A DNA stretch of 64,000 nucleotides from an uncultured delta proteobacterium (GCA_963804955.1 CAWDSQ010000007.1:192001-256000); one strand, 5' to 3'. Shown: positions 31,579-42,301, counted from the stretch's first letter. Notes: generated by a model not told the origin, from the sequence alone. Program-made: numbers and translations.

Positions 31579-32679
31579 ATGAATCGTATTTTTCGCGCTT
31601 TTTCGTTAGCCTTGTCACTGGCACTCCTGGGAAGTTTCGCAATACTATCTTCAGCGCCTCAACAAGCCGCTGCAGCCGGCACCCTTACTGTTGGCATTTA
31701 TGGCGCAACTGAAGCAAGCTATTTAACAGATATCCAGAGCAAACTGAACAGCACCGGGTTTTTTAGCCAGGTGGATATTCACGAGATAGGCGCATACACT
31801 CCGACCTTGGCAGAACTACAAGGTTATCAGGCTGTGCTTGTGTTCTGTGATGACGATTTCCATAACAACACTACAATGGGCGATGTTCTGGCAGATTATG
31901 CAGATGCTGGCGGCGGCGTTGTGGTGGCCACCTTTGCTTTCACATCCGGTTGGGGTGTTGGCGGGCGGATCTTAAGCGGCGGCTATCTGCCTTTTACGTT
32001 TAATGAGCAGAATGAAGGAACACTCCTCACTTTGATCCCGGACCTGCCGGCCCATCCCATTCTGGCAGGCGTCAATTCCTTCGACGGAGGATCTAACAGC
32101 TACCATGATGTCGTAACCCTAACGGCTGGCGCGACCCAGGTGGCTCATTGGAGCAACGACGTTCCGCTGGTTGCCACGAAACAGAAGGCCACCGGGATAA
32201 AAATCGTGGGTTTGAACTTTTTTCCACCCTCCAGCGATGCCAGATCGGACTTCTGGAATGCAACAACAGATGGCGCCCTGCTGATGGGCAACTCGCTGGG
32301 CTGGGCGGCCTGTATTGATAATGACAATGACACCTATGGACAAGGCTGTGCTGCAGGGCCTGACTGCGACGATACGGATGTTTTTTACACCGACATCTGC
32401 CAGGACTGCCAGGTAAAGGTTATTCCCAAAACCTTTGGCAGGCTGATTGGCGGCCAGGAGAAGAGCAGATGGCTGCTCATTATCGGGGAGCGGGGGATGG
32501 ATTTCGGAGATAACGCCACGATCAGATGGGAGTCAAATGCGATAGAGGTTGTTAAGACGCATGTGTTTTTCAAACGGTTCATGTTAATGCAGGCGAAGTT
32601 CAACGGTGAGCCGCTTGAGATGCAGGACTACCGTGTGCTCGTCAACAGCTGCGAAGGCAAGATCACCTGGGCGAGATGA
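31579..32679 (+). CDS. Secreted protein with an acidic Cys-containing putative metal-binding motif
   Basis: GGAGGA RBS, Sec signal ending ...QQAAAA; CIDNDNDTYGQGCAAGPDCDDTD. Confidence 0.75.
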   Translation: MNRIFRAFSLALSLALLGSFAILSSAPQQAAAAGTLTVGIYGATEASYLTDIQSKLNSTGFFSQVDIHEIGAYTPTLAELQGYQAVLVFCDDDFHNNTTMGDVLADYADAGGGVVVATFAFTSGWGVGGRILSGGYLPFTFNEQNEGTLLTLIPDLPAHPILAGVNSFDGGSNSYHDVVTLTAGATQVAHWSNDVPLVATKQKATGIKIVGLNFFPPSSDARSDFWNATTDGALLMGNSLGWAACIDNDNDTYGQGCAAGPDCDDTDVFYTDICQDCQVKVIPKTFGRLIGGQEKSRWLLIIGERGMDFGDNATIRWESNAIEVVKTHVFFKRFMLMQAKFNGEPLEMQDYRVLVNSCEGKITWAR

Positions 32680-32727
32680 TTGCCGACAGCGTTTGCTGAG
32701 GTTTTAATCTGCTGAAACCGAAACAAT

Positions 32728-32770
32728 AAAAAGCCCCGTTCACTTTGTATCCTTTTGAACGGGGCTTTTA
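32728..32770 (+). terminator. Rho-independent terminator
   Basis: AAAAGCCCCGTTCA...TGAACGGGGCTTTT. Confidence 0.7.
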
Positions 32771-33029
32771 ATGCATGGTGGAATAAGAAAGCAGAGGCTA
32801 CCGGTCTATATTATGGTGGTCCAAGTAAATTAAAAGAAGTCCACACTCGCATGTAAACGCCCTGGCCGCAATACGAGACTCAGTTTTTTGCATGTTAGAT
32901 TTGGTAAGCTTGAATTTTTAAGTCTGTCGCCATTTTTCGCATTTTGAATTCGGCGGGTTAGCACCCGTCCTTCTATGAGGACCGTTGTCAAGCCTCGGGT
33001 TAATTTTTTTTGTTTTTTTCTTTCTTTAT

Positions 33030-33275
33030 CTTTTGATACTCATTCCGTTTTGGCCGGTTGGGCTTGTCGTTTTCCGGGAACCTTGCCCGGAACCACCTTC
33101 TATCCGTGCCGGTATTATAACCGTGCATCCACATACTGCGTGCGCCAATTGGCGTCAGTCCAACCAGTTTAAGAAGCCTTCAATCTACAAAGACGGTGCT
33201 TTTAGACCCAGGGCGGGTACGAAGGGCTTCACCAACTGGAATGCCTATCAAATCCTTTTCCTCCTGTTGTATGTC
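33030..33275 (-). ncRNA. Candidate bridge (seek) RNA of the IS110 element
   Basis: On the minus strand it contains GCACCGTC and TGTAGA (target halves) and CAGTAT and ATAGAAGG (donor halves), plus hairpins; boundaries approximate. Confidence 0.65.
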
Positions 33276-33277
33276 CT

Positions 33278-34420
33278 TTATGCCATCTTCAGTATCGCGC
33301 CTTCCGGCACGATGTCGTGATCAACATACTTCCACAGCGCTATGAGCAGTTTTCTGGCCAGCGCCACGATCCCTATTCGCCTCATCCGCTTGTTGCCCCC
33401 TCCAAAGCGCTCATGAAACCACGTGCTTAGCTTACTGCCAGGCTGCCATCTCAGCCATCCCCAGGCTAGCTCTATCAGCAAAGCTCGAATCCGCCGATTG
33501 CCCGCTTTGCTTATCCCTTGCTCAATCTGCATATCCCCGCTGCTGTAGGGCATTGGCGCAAGACCCGCTGCACCTCCCACCTGCTTCACATTCTTGAATT
33601 CCCGCCAGCCAAAAAACTCATAGATCAAATCCCATGAACTGATCGGCCCAATTGCCCGTATCCGGGCAAGCTTGCTTACCTTGCGCATTTGTTCAGGACT
33701 TGCCGCAAGCTGCCGCTTCTTTTCCTCTTGTATCTGCCTCAGCTGCCGGTCCAGCACCCCTATCCGTTCATACTCCCGCTTCATCTCCTGCACGATATGC
33801 TCTGGCAGTTTGCTGCCATCCCAGGCTCGCACTTCCTCAAGCAGCTTCAGGAATTTACTGCCTACCTCTGCATGTATCCCATACAATACAAGTAATGACT
33901 TTATCCGGCTTACATGTGCTCCCCGTTCCTTTAACAGCCGATCCCGCTCTCGGTTGAGTCGCCGTTCATCTTCCTGTTCCTGTGTCGGAACCCGTACCAC
34001 ACTCCAGACTTTCTGCTCTCCTCCCAAGTGCCGTATCAGCATGGTTAACAACTTTAACCCATCTACCCGGTCCGTCTTGGCCCGCCGATGCCGCCGGTTC
34101 ACTTCGATACTGGCCGAGTCCACCACGATATTCTTTATCCCTATGCTCTCCAAATACCGATGTATCCAAAACCCGTCTCGTCCCGATTCATAACAGCTGT
34201 ATATGGCGCAATCTTCATCCAGTCTAAAATGCTTCCGGGCCTTGACCAGCTCTTCCTTAAACTCTTCAAGATCTGCTGATGTTATTGTTCGCTCCCTCCT
34301 GCGTTGCCCGTCCCCAAACGTCAGTTTCCATTTCTTGTTGGACAGTTCAAGGGATATGTACAAAACCTGCTTACCTGTGCTATTCTTTGCCTCGGTTTGG
34401 ATCATTTGATTGTTCGCCAT
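33278..34420 (-). CDS. IS110-family transposase (bridge recombinase)
   Basis: YISLELS, CYESGRDGFWIHR, RAKTDRVD (DEDD-type RuvC); GLAPMPYSSG, GISKAGNRRIR, IVALARKLL. Confidence 0.95.
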   Translation of the reverse strand: MANNQMIQTEAKNSTGKQVLYISLELSNKKWKLTFGDGQRRRERTITSADLEEFKEELVKARKHFRLDEDCAIYSCYESGRDGFWIHRYLESIGIKNIVVDSASIEVNRRHRRAKTDRVDGLKLLTMLIRHLGGEQKVWSVVRVPTQEQEDERRLNRERDRLLKERGAHVSRIKSLLVLYGIHAEVGSKFLKLLEEVRAWDGSKLPEHIVQEMKREYERIGVLDRQLRQIQEEKKRQLAASPEQMRKVSKLARIRAIGPISSWDLIYEFFGWREFKNVKQVGGAAGLAPMPYSSGDMQIEQGISKAGNRRIRALLIELAWGWLRWQPGSKLSTWFHERFGGGNKRMRRIGIVALARKLLIALWKYVDHDIVPEGAILKMA

Positions 34421-34930
34421 GTTTGTCTCCTTTATGCTGAAAGTTATTGACGTGACTTTTTCAGCATATCCGAGACGTGACGCCTGTCAAATGATCCGTT
34501 CCTTCACAGTATCTACAGGCTTTGAGCGGCCAGTTGCCGCATGTTGTGCCTCCCAGCCGCCAGCAATATCTGGCCTCGCACAGAGCTTTAAATGTTGCGT
34601 ACGGGTCGCCTTTCGTCGTGACAAAATGTGATTTAATGTATTTTTCTTGCACGCCTAACTCTTTGAAATAACTAAAAGCCTTGGCTTATCTGTAGCTTTT
34701 CACCTCTAAGGTCGCCCCGATTAAAGCCGGAGTCGTCTCTGCCATATATTCAAGGTCTGCTGAAAAGCAGACCTTTTTTATAGGTTAACCGGTGCCGCAA
34801 CATCTGCCTATGGGCTCGCAACGCACTGTAATAACTTGACCTTGAGGCTAATTTTTAGTATGCTTACAATTATTTTCCAGGTTTTGAATATCTGCATTTA
34901 TGTGCCATACAATCTTATTGGAGGTTTGCC

Positions 34931-36199
34931 ATGGAAGAAATGAAACCCGGACCACTGAGCGGCGTGACCATTCTTGATTTCACCTGGGTGCTTGCAGGTC
35001 CCTTCGCCACCAGAACACTCGCCGACATGGGCGCCTATGTTATCAAGGTGGAGCGCTACAAAGACGGCACCAATGAGCGGCATCTGCCGCTGATCGTTGA
35101 AAATGAAGGTGTCAAGCAAAGCTCCTACAATATCAATTGCAACCGCGGCAAAAAAAGTATCTGTATCAATCTCAAGGATCCCAAGGGCATGGAGCTGATT
35201 CACGAGCTCATCAAAAAATGCGATGTGCTTATGGAAAACTTCGCTCCCGGCGTCATGGACCGCCTGAAGCTGGATTATGACTCAGTAAAGAAGCTCAATC
35301 CCAAAATCATCTACTGCTCGGTTTCCTGCTTCGGCCACTGGGGCCCGTACTCCCATAAGCCAGGCTATGACATGATCGCCCAGGGCGCAAGCGGCTGGAC
35401 CGACCAGAGCGAGATTCCCCAGATCGCGCCCGTCTCCATAGGCGACATGAATGCAGCAGTGCATGCAGCCGTTGCCATCTGCGGCGCTCTGTACTGCCGC
35501 GAAAAGACCGGCATCGGACAGAACATCGATATCTCCATGATGGACTGCCTGTTCTCTTTTCATGAAAACACCCTGCCGTGGTATCTGCTGACCAGCGCCA
35601 TCGGCAAGCCTGTGGAGCCGCCCCGGATCGGCCGCCTGCATCCGGGCTATGCCCCGTACGGAATATACAAATGCAAAAACGGCTATATCGTCATCGCCTC
35701 CCTCACCCAGCCCCGCTGGGAAGGCATCGTGAAGGCCATGGGCGAAAAGTACAGCTGGCTGCTTGATGATCCCCGCGCAGCCACCGTTTCAACACGCTGC
35801 ACACAGGAAAACGCCCCCTTTATTCATGAGGTGGTTGAAGAGTGGACCATGTCATGCGCTTCAGCGGAAGAGGCCGAGCGCATTCTTGAAAAGCACGAGA
35901 CACCCTGCCTGCGCACGCGCACCATCAAGGAGCTTGCCGACAATGATGAGCATGTGAAGGCACGCGAAATGATGGTTGAGATCGAACAGCCGTTTGTCGG
36001 GAAAATGAAAATGTACGGCAGCCCGCTGAAGATGTCCGAAACGCCCTGCTGCGTACGCGGCCATGGCCCCCTGCTGGGCGAGCATACGCGGGAAGTGCTC
36101 GGAGATGTTCTCAAGTACGGCAAGGAGCAGATAGATGCGCTCTATTCAGGCGGAGTTTTGTTTCAGGAGCCTGCCGTGGAAATGCTTGAAAAAAAATAA
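34931..36199 (+). CDS. Class III CoA-transferase (CaiB/BaiF)
   Basis: GPLSGVTILDFTWVLAGPF, NRGKKSICINLK, ENFAPGVM, PGYDMIAQG, IGDMNA. Confidence 0.95.
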   Translation: MEEMKPGPLSGVTILDFTWVLAGPFATRTLADMGAYVIKVERYKDGTNERHLPLIVENEGVKQSSYNINCNRGKKSICINLKDPKGMELIHELIKKCDVLMENFAPGVMDRLKLDYDSVKKLNPKIIYCSVSCFGHWGPYSHKPGYDMIAQGASGWTDQSEIPQIAPVSIGDMNAAVHAAVAICGALYCREKTGIGQNIDISMMDCLFSFHENTLPWYLLTSAIGKPVEPPRIGRLHPGYAPYGIYKCKNGYIVIASLTQPRWEGIVKAMGEKYSWLLDDPRAATVSTRCTQENAPFIHEVVEEWTMSCASAEEAERILEKHETPCLRTRTIKELADNDEHVKAREMMVEIEQPFVGKMKMYGSPLKMSETPCCVRGHGPLLGEHTREVLGDVLKYGKEQIDALYSGGVLFQEPAVEMLEKK

Positions 36200-36218
36200 A
36201 CTAAACGTGCATGAAAAT

Positions 36219-36253
36219 AAAAAAGGGACGGCCTGCAGGCCGTCCCTTTTTTA
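36219..36253. terminator. Bidirectional terminator
   Basis: AAAAAAGGGACGGCCTGCAGGCCGTCCCTTTTTT between convergent genes. Confidence 0.85.
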
Positions 36254-36272
36254 TTGCTGCCGCAGCTGCAGG

Positions 36273-36662
36273 TCAGGAGGAGGGGGAATGCCCTTCCAGT
36301 TTTTCTATCTGCTTTACGACATATTTGCGCAGCAGATAGGCCTGCCGCGAAATCCTAAAGAGGTCCTGCTCCAGCATGTACAGGTTGTCCATCTGCATAT
36401 TCTGGGCAATGGTTTTTATTGAACTGACCTCGCTTTCAATGGCTTCATGTCCCGGCTCGATATAGTGGCCCTTGTAAAAATAGTCCAGCAGCGAGACGAG
36501 ATCGGGGGCGTTTTTTTCGCCGCAGCTTTTGCAGACCAACTGCTGGGTGTCGTTGAGAAAAAGGTCAAAAGGGCGCTGCGGCTCGGTTTTTTTTCCACAC
36601 AGGGCGCACAGGCCTGCGCTCACGGAACTGCCCGGTTTGATGGCAAGCTTGATATGTTCCAT
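36273..36662 (-). CDS. Hypothetical protein with a CxxC...CxxC zinc ribbon
   Basis: CALCGKK...VCKSCG; AAAGGAGG RBS. Confidence 0.75.
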   Translation of the reverse strand: MEHIKLAIKPGSSVSAGLCALCGKKTEPQRPFDLFLNDTQQLVCKSCGEKNAPDLVSLLDYFYKGHYIEPGHEAIESEVSSIKTIAQNMQMDNLYMLEQDLFRISRQAYLLRKYVVKQIEKLEGHSPSS

Positions 36663-36853
36663 GCCATATCCTCCTTTGGTATGTGTGACAGTTTTTATTC
36701 TATGTATATTTTAGCATATATTTGTTTGCAATTAACGTTTCCTGTAGAAAATGTTGCGAGTAACTTTTTCGAAACTCCCGTGTTGAAATATTAGAGTATT
36801 GCAGAAAACCATATGCTGATATTAAAAAAGACGATGTGCGAAGGGAGATTGTC

Positions 36854-37039
36854 ATGAATGAAATATATACCTGCATTGCTTCAGGGCTCCGGGATGCGGG
36901 CCTGCCTGCAAGCACATTTATTGTTGAGCAGTATCTGGGGCGCAATGATTTCAAAGGGCTTATTGATCTGCTGATGAAAGCGCAGGAGACATGCAGTCTT
37001 AACAACCTTATAAGCATTTCATATAAAGCAGTGGTCTGA
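36854..37039 (+). CDS. Hypothetical small protein
   Basis: AAGGGAG RBS, 61 aa, followed by a bidirectional terminator. Confidence 0.5.
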   Translation: MNEIYTCIASGLRDAGLPASTFIVEQYLGRNDFKGLIDLLMKAQETCSLNNLISISYKAVV

Positions 37040-37041
37040 AT

Positions 37042-37078
37042 AAAAAAAGAGACAAGCCGCGGCCCGTCTCTTTTTTTA
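37042..37078. terminator. Bidirectional terminator
   Basis: AAAAAAAGAGAC...GTCTCTTTTTTT. Confidence 0.75.
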
Positions 37079-37106
37079 TCTCTGGCGGCAGATCCATTGA
37101 ACTTCT

Positions 37107-38582
37107 TTAGTTCTCCTTAAAGCTCCACTGTGTTCCCTGGGCTGAATCTTTTAAAATAACACCTTTTTCTGCAAGGCCATTGCGGATTTCATCCGATCTG
37201 GCCCAGTTCTTCTCTTTGCGGGCCTGCAAACGCTCGGCAATAAGCTCCTCGATCTCCTGCTTGCTGATGCCGTGCGACGCGCTGCCCAGCTCCTTCAAAT
37301 TTTCAAAATAGGCAGCAGGCTGTTTCTGAAGAATCCCGAAAACCTTGCCGGCACGGGCAAAAACTTTCTGAGCCTCACGGGCAAGGGCTTCATCAAGAGC
37401 AAAGCCTGAGTCTTTTTTACACCGGTCAACAATGCCGTTGAGCGTACGGGTCAGGCTGTGAAGATGCCCGAGCGCGGCTGCCGTGTTGAAATCATCATCC
37501 ATGGCTTCCTTGAATTTTTCAGGCAGGCCGCGCGCTTCATCAAGCGCTGCCTTTTCAGCCGCCTCAAGTACGCCTTCATCCTTTGCCGCTGTTTTAATGG
37601 TCTGCAGGTCAAGCAGCAGTGTGTAAAACCGCTCAAGGCCTATTTTTGCCTCGGTAAGGTTCTGGTCGGAAAAATCAACCGGGCTTCGATAGTGATTGGA
37701 CAGCAAAAAGAGCCGCACAACTTCGGGATGGTAGCTTTGCAGCACATCGCGGATGGTCAGGAAATTTTTGAGCGACTTTGACATTTTTTCGTGGTTGATA
37801 TTCACAAAACCGTTGTGAACCCAGTACCGGGCAAAAGGCTTGCCTGTTGTGCACTCGGCCTGGGCGATTTCGTTTTCATGATGCGGGAACACCAGATCCA
37901 TGCCGCCGCCATGAATGTCGAATGTTTCGCCCAGGTATTTCTGGCTCATGGCAGAGCATTCTATATGCCAGCCCGGCCGGCCCTTGCCCCAGGGGCAGTC
38001 CCACCAAGGCTCTCCGGGTTTGCTTTTTTTCCACAGCGCAAAATCAACAGGGCTTCGTTTGCGCTCATCGATATCGACCCGTGCGCCCGACAGCAAATCA
38101 TCGAGGTTCTTGCCCGACAGCTTGCCGTAGTCTGAAAAATTGCGGACCGAAAAGTAGACATCGCCGTCAACCTCGTAGGCCTTGCCCTTGTCGATGAGCG
38201 CCTGCACCATGGTGATCATCTCGGGGATATGGTGCGTGGCGCGCGGCGTGTGCGTGGGCATCTCGACACCCAGCGCCTGCATGTCATTATCAAATTCTTT
38301 TATGAAGCGCTCGGACAGCTCGTTGAAGGCAATGCCCTGTTCATTGGCCCGGTTGATGATCTTGTCGTCAATATCGGTGTAGTTGCGCACGAACGTGACA
38401 TCATAGCCTGCTGACTTGAGATAGCGCTGGATAACGTCAAAAACGACCATGGCGCGGGCATGGCCGATATGGGAAAAGTCGTAAACGGTGACACCGCAGG
38501 CATACATGCCGACTTTGCCCTCGCAAAGGGGCACAAAAATTTCCTTTTTACGGGTCATGGTATTGTAGATTTTCAGTGCCAT
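37107..38582 (-). CDS. cysS: Cysteine-tRNA ligase
   Basis: HIGH, GRPGWHIECSAM, DIHGGG.DL.FPHHENE, KMSKS. Confidence 0.98.
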   Translation of the reverse strand: MALKIYNTMTRKKEIFVPLCEGKVGMYACGVTVYDFSHIGHARAMVVFDVIQRYLKSAGYDVTFVRNYTDIDDKIINRANEQGIAFNELSERFIKEFDNDMQALGVEMPTHTPRATHHIPEMITMVQALIDKGKAYEVDGDVYFSVRNFSDYGKLSGKNLDDLLSGARVDIDERKRSPVDFALWKKSKPGEPWWDCPWGKGRPGWHIECSAMSQKYLGETFDIHGGGMDLVFPHHENEIAQAECTTGKPFARYWVHNGFVNINHEKMSKSLKNFLTIRDVLQSYHPEVVRLFLLSNHYRSPVDFSDQNLTEAKIGLERFYTLLLDLQTIKTAAKDEGVLEAAEKAALDEARGLPEKFKEAMDDDFNTAAALGHLHSLTRTLNGIVDRCKKDSGFALDEALAREAQKVFARAGKVFGILQKQPAAYFENLKELGSASHGISKQEIEELIAERLQARKEKNWARSDEIRNGLAEKGVILKDSAQGTQWSFKEN

Positions 38583-38638
38583 AGCTTGATCATCCTCACA
38601 AAAGCATTTTATTTTCAGCCTGCAGGCTTGCAGGTTGT

Positions 38639-39106
38639 TTATTCAACCAGTGCCACGGCCTGCGCCGATATGCCTTCACCGCGGCCTTCAAAGCCCATGC
38701 CTTCGGTCGTCGTTGCTTTAATATTGACGGCATCAGGGGCTATCTGCAGGGCAGTGGCGATAGTGCAGCGCATCCGGTCCATGTACGGAGCCAGCTTTGG
38801 CTGCTGCGCCACGATCACGGCATCGATATTGCCGCAGCGCAGGTCTTTTTCAGTAAGCTTGTTCCGGACTTCAACAAGCAGCCTGATGCTTGAGATGCCC
38901 CGGTAGCGCTCGTCAGTGTCGGGAAAATGCCTGCCGATATCGCCCAGGCCGGCGGCGCCAAGCAGGGCATCGCATAGTGCATGCAGCAGCACATCTGCAT
39001 CGGAATGCCCGAGGAGACCCTTTTCATACGGGATATGTACGCCGCCGAGAATAAGGGGCCGGCCCTCCACCAGTTTGTGTGCGTCATATCCTATGCCAAC
39101 TCTCAC
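38639..39106 (-). CDS. ispF: 2-C-methyl-D-erythritol 2,4-cyclodiphosphate synthase
   Basis: [32 protein letters not shown]. Confidence 0.97.
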   Translation of the reverse strand: MRVGIGYDAHKLVEGRPLILGGVHIPYEKGLLGHSDADVLLHALCDALLGAAGLGDIGRHFPDTDERYRGISSIRLLVEVRNKLTEKDLRCGNIDAVIVAQQPKLAPYMDRMRCTIATALQIAPDAVNIKATTTEGMGFEGRGEGISAQAVALVE

Positions 39107-39801
39107 GTATGCAGCCTCCTGTGCAGTATCGCTTCGGCAAACAGCAGATCTTCCTGCGTGGTGATTTTAATATTATCGTAGGAGCCCATGATGACCGACA
39201 CGGGCACGCCCAGCCTTTCAACCAGCGAAGCATCGTCAGTCCCGGCAAAGCCTTCTGCGCAGGCTCTGCGGTGCGCCTCGCAGATGAGCTCCCGCTCAAA
39301 GGTCTGGGGCGTCTGGATAAGGTACAGGCGGTCGCGCTCAAGCGTTTGCTCGATCACAGCCGTATCTTTTGCAACTATGGTAACCGTATCCTTAACCGGC
39401 ACAGCCATGGTCGTGGCGCGTTTGCGCCTGGTTATCTCAAGCGCGTCGCAAATCATCCGCACGGTAACAAAGGGGCGCGCGCCGTCGTGGATCATGACCA
39501 GATCGACCTCCCCGGATACAGCGGCAAGCCCATTGCGAACCGAGTCCTGCCGCCGGTCGCCGCCCGCCACCACGGTCACCGGTTTTGCTATGGCACAGCC
39601 CTTCACAACCTGCTGCCGGCAAAAATCCTCCTGGCCCGGGCTCACCGTAACAATCAGCTCTGCAATATCAGGTGCTTGTGCAAACACCCGCAGGGTGTGG
39701 GCAAGCAGCGGCATGCCCTGAAGCATGATGTAGGGCTTTTTGATGCTGCCGCCCATGCGTTCACCACTCCCGGCTGCGGTGATAATTGCCGCGGCTTTCA
39801 T
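39103..39801 (-). CDS. ispD: 2-C-methyl-D-erythritol 4-phosphate cytidylyltransferase
   Basis: [39 protein letters not shown]. Confidence 0.97.
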   Translation of the reverse strand: MKAAAIITAAGSGERMGGSIKKPYIMLQGMPLLAHTLRVFAQAPDIAELIVTVSPGQEDFCRQQVVKGCAIAKPVTVVAGGDRRQDSVRNGLAAVSGEVDLVMIHDGARPFVTVRMICDALEITRRKRATTMAVPVKDTVTIVAKDTAVIEQTLERDRLYLIQTPQTFERELICEAHRRACAEGFAGTDDASLVERLGVPVSVIMGSYDNIKITTQEDLLFAEAILHRRLHT

Positions 39802-39885
39802 GTCACCTGCATCTCCATATAAAAAAAGCAGGCCCGAATGATATGGCCTGCTTTAATATTATCCAAATTTACATAAAAAGAAATG

Positions 39886-40381
39886 CTAATTTTCAAAGAT
39901 GGCCGCGATATTTTTCTCTACATGATCTTCTGTTGTTTTCTGGGCTATTGAAAGCTCTTTGACGAGCAGTCCTTTTGCGATATCCATCATACGGCGTTCG
40001 CCAAAAGAAAGGTCTTTGCCGATTTTCAGAAGAAACAGGTCACGCAGCACAGCCGCCACCTCATAGACCGATCCTGTTTTAATGCGATCCATATAATCGC
40101 GGTATCTGCGGTTCCAGGTCTGAGCATCCGGAGGCGCTGATTTTTTATCTTTTAGTATTTTATAAACTTTTGTTGCATCTTTATTGCTGATAACGCTTCT
40201 CAATGCCAACCTGCTCGACATTATCAGTCGGCACCATAATGGTCATACCATTGCCCAGTATGCGCATTATGTAAAATTTTTGTTTTTTATCGTGTCCAAC
40301 GGACATATCCTTTTCCTCAACAGCCTCTATAACACCTACGCCGTGGGTAGGATAGACCGCCATATCGCCTTTTTTAAACAT
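39886..40381 (-). CDS. carD: CarD-family transcriptional regulator, frameshifted
   Basis: FKKGDMAVYPTHGVG; QTWNRRYR...KTGS...LSFGERRM; lies upstream of ispD. Confidence 0.92.
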
Positions 40382-40783
40382 AGAGCAATCCTCCCAATAA
40401 AATAAAATATATAATAAAAAAGTTAAGAACTTTGGCTGTTCCGTGGCCCCCCACGCCAAGTGCAGGATTTGTTATACATAATACAGTACGAAACGGTTTT
40501 TTTTCGTGCGGAACAGAAAATAGAATCAACCATGAATCTTATATCAAAAATTTAAAAAAAAGACAATGAAAAATATCAACTGCTAGGGGAGGGCTTAGGG
40601 CTTGATTGAAAAAAAATAAAGCAAATTAAGGACTTTGAATGGGGTTCTCCGGAGAGGCTTAAAAATGTTTTTATGTGCATGCCGGTAAACGACGGTGCAT
40701 CTATGGATACTTCGCCGGTATGCTGTGCATGGTAACCCGGAGCCGGCTTTATGCTGTCTGGCTACAGACAAGGCCCCGAACTT

Positions 40784-41050
40784 TTATCTGTTTATTCCGT
40801 TTTGCGTCTGCCGCAGTTCCCGCCGGAGTTTTTTTACCTCACGGCTGAGCCTGAACCGCTGTACGACATCAAGCAGGTTACCTGCCAGAACACCTATAAA
40901 AAACGGCGCAATGACAATTCCCCAGAGGGGGAATGTATCTGCCATGTCGCTGTAATAGGTCAGCGTTACGGCCTGGTTGTTGTGCATGGCAAAATAGATA
41001 AGAGCAAAAAGAACCGCAACAATGCCGCAGGTGTTAAGAAAAATTTTCAT
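40784..41050 (-). CDS. LapA-family membrane protein
   Basis: FAMHNNQAVTL...PLWGIVI..FFIGVLAG...basic C-terminal helix. Confidence 0.8.
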   Translation of the reverse strand: MKIFLNTCGIVAVLFALIYFAMHNNQAVTLTYYSDMADTFPLWGIVIAPFFIGVLAGNLLDVVQRFRLSREVKKLRRELRQTQNGINR

Positions 41051-41087
41051 GACGCCTCAATACGCAGCACGCATGCTCTTTAGCACA

Positions 41088-41282
41088 TCAAGCTTTTTGG
41101 TCCTGCTGTTTTGATATGATGCCCGCTATCATCTCGCGGCGAAACCTCCACGAGTTTCCGACCCTGAATCCCGGCAGGTCGCCTTTTTTGACCAGTTTAT
41201 AGACCGTTATTTTTGAAAGCTTCAAAAATTCGGCCACTTCTTCAACTGTCATGATTTGTGAAGATTCTCTTGATGTTGTCAT
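41088..41282 (-). CDS. Excisionase-type helix-turn-helix DNA-binding protein
   Basis: MTVEEVAEFLKLSKITVYKLVKKGDLPGFRVGNSWRF. Confidence 0.9.
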   Translation of the reverse strand: MTTSRESSQIMTVEEVAEFLKLSKITVYKLVKKGDLPGFRVGNSWRFRREMIAGIISKQQDQKA

Positions 41283-41922
41283 AGCAAAGCTCTGCTCCCC
41301 TGAAATTTTTTTTAAACTGTTTGATGATTAAAAGGATTAGATTTAATGCTTCAACATTTTGAGATACCCTATTAATATCTTTTATAACACATAGAAAAAA
41401 ATAAATCAATAAAAATTTATTATAGCACAATTTAAATAAATAATAATAAAATGACCCCATCGAGTTTAAGGCAGTGGCATATAGAGTTTTTCGAAATACA
41501 CCATATCTGATAGCCGGAAAAGATTTTAGATGAAAAAACGTTTTGCTTAAAAGTTTCCTGTCAGCATTACCGAATGGGGAGAGTATGCGAAGGAGTCTTC
41601 TGCAACTGCTCTATATGACTTTTTTTGCTTTACAAGCAGCACAGTTGAGTATCGGCTGCAACCGCCGGATGTACTATTCAATATACAGTCAGTTGATTAT
41701 CTGTTAATAAATTATAAAAAGGCTCGAAACAATGGCTCTGTGACGTTCATTGCAAATAAGGGTATAAGGGATTATAATAAAATGACGCCTGATGCTTGAT
41801 TATATTGTCAGGAGCAGGGCAACATGCAGCCATTTTGATTTTTTTAAGTAGCGCACACGACAGGATAAAACGCCGGTAAGCGAAAATGCAGGTGCAAGCA
41901 GAGCACAACAAGAGGAATGCGT

Positions 41923-42294
41923 ATGTATGAGATATCAATTCAGACGGTTTTTTCAGCGGCGCATCGGCTGCGGAATTATCAGGGCGATTGTGAAGCCCTG
42001 CATGGCCATAACTGGAAGGTTCAAGTGACCGTGCAAACCCCTGCGCTTAATGACCTTGGCCTTGCCATTGATTTTAAAATGCTGAAAAAAATCACCAATG
42101 AAACGCTGGAACGCCTGGATCATGCCTGCCTCAATGATATTGCTCCGTTTTGCGATATCAACCCTTCATCGGAAAACATCGCCCGCGTGCTTTTTGAAGG
42201 CATGCAAGCAGGCATTGCGGCTTGTGGCGTCAGCCTTGTAAAGATTTCCGTCTGGGAATCGGATAATGCCTGGGCAACCTATTCTGAAGGGTAA
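41923..42294 (+). CDS. queD: 6-carboxytetrahydropterin synthase
   Basis: FSAAHRL...CEALHGHNW, LDH, NPSSENIA, WES. Confidence 0.95.
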   Translation: MYEISIQTVFSAAHRLRNYQGDCEALHGHNWKVQVTVQTPALNDLGLAIDFKMLKKITNETLERLDHACLNDIAPFCDINPSSENIARVLFEGMQAGIAACGVSLVKISVWESDNAWATYSEG

Positions 42295-42301
42295 TACGGC
42301 C

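Larger units (their letters stand above)
32968..34513 (-). mobile_element. Complete IS110-family element (IS1111-like layout, long 3' non-coding end)
   Basis: TC dinucleotide duplicated at 32968-32969 and 34512-34513; subterminal inverted repeats CTATGAGGA / CTGTGAAGGA; outward TTGACA at 32991-32986; left end shared with the copy at 60708. Confidence 0.85.

Noticed and set aside
32985..33320. 111-aa plus-strand ORF
   Set aside because: Lies antisense within the IS110 non-coding end; hydrophobic N-terminus derives from a T-rich tract; no RBS.
41088..41282. Prophage or ICE marked by the excisionase-like gene
   Set aside because: No integrase, att site or phage genes nearby; the context is housekeeping.
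41820..41920. preQ1 riboswitch upstream of queD
   Set aside because: No recognisable preQ1 stem-loop with the A-rich tail.
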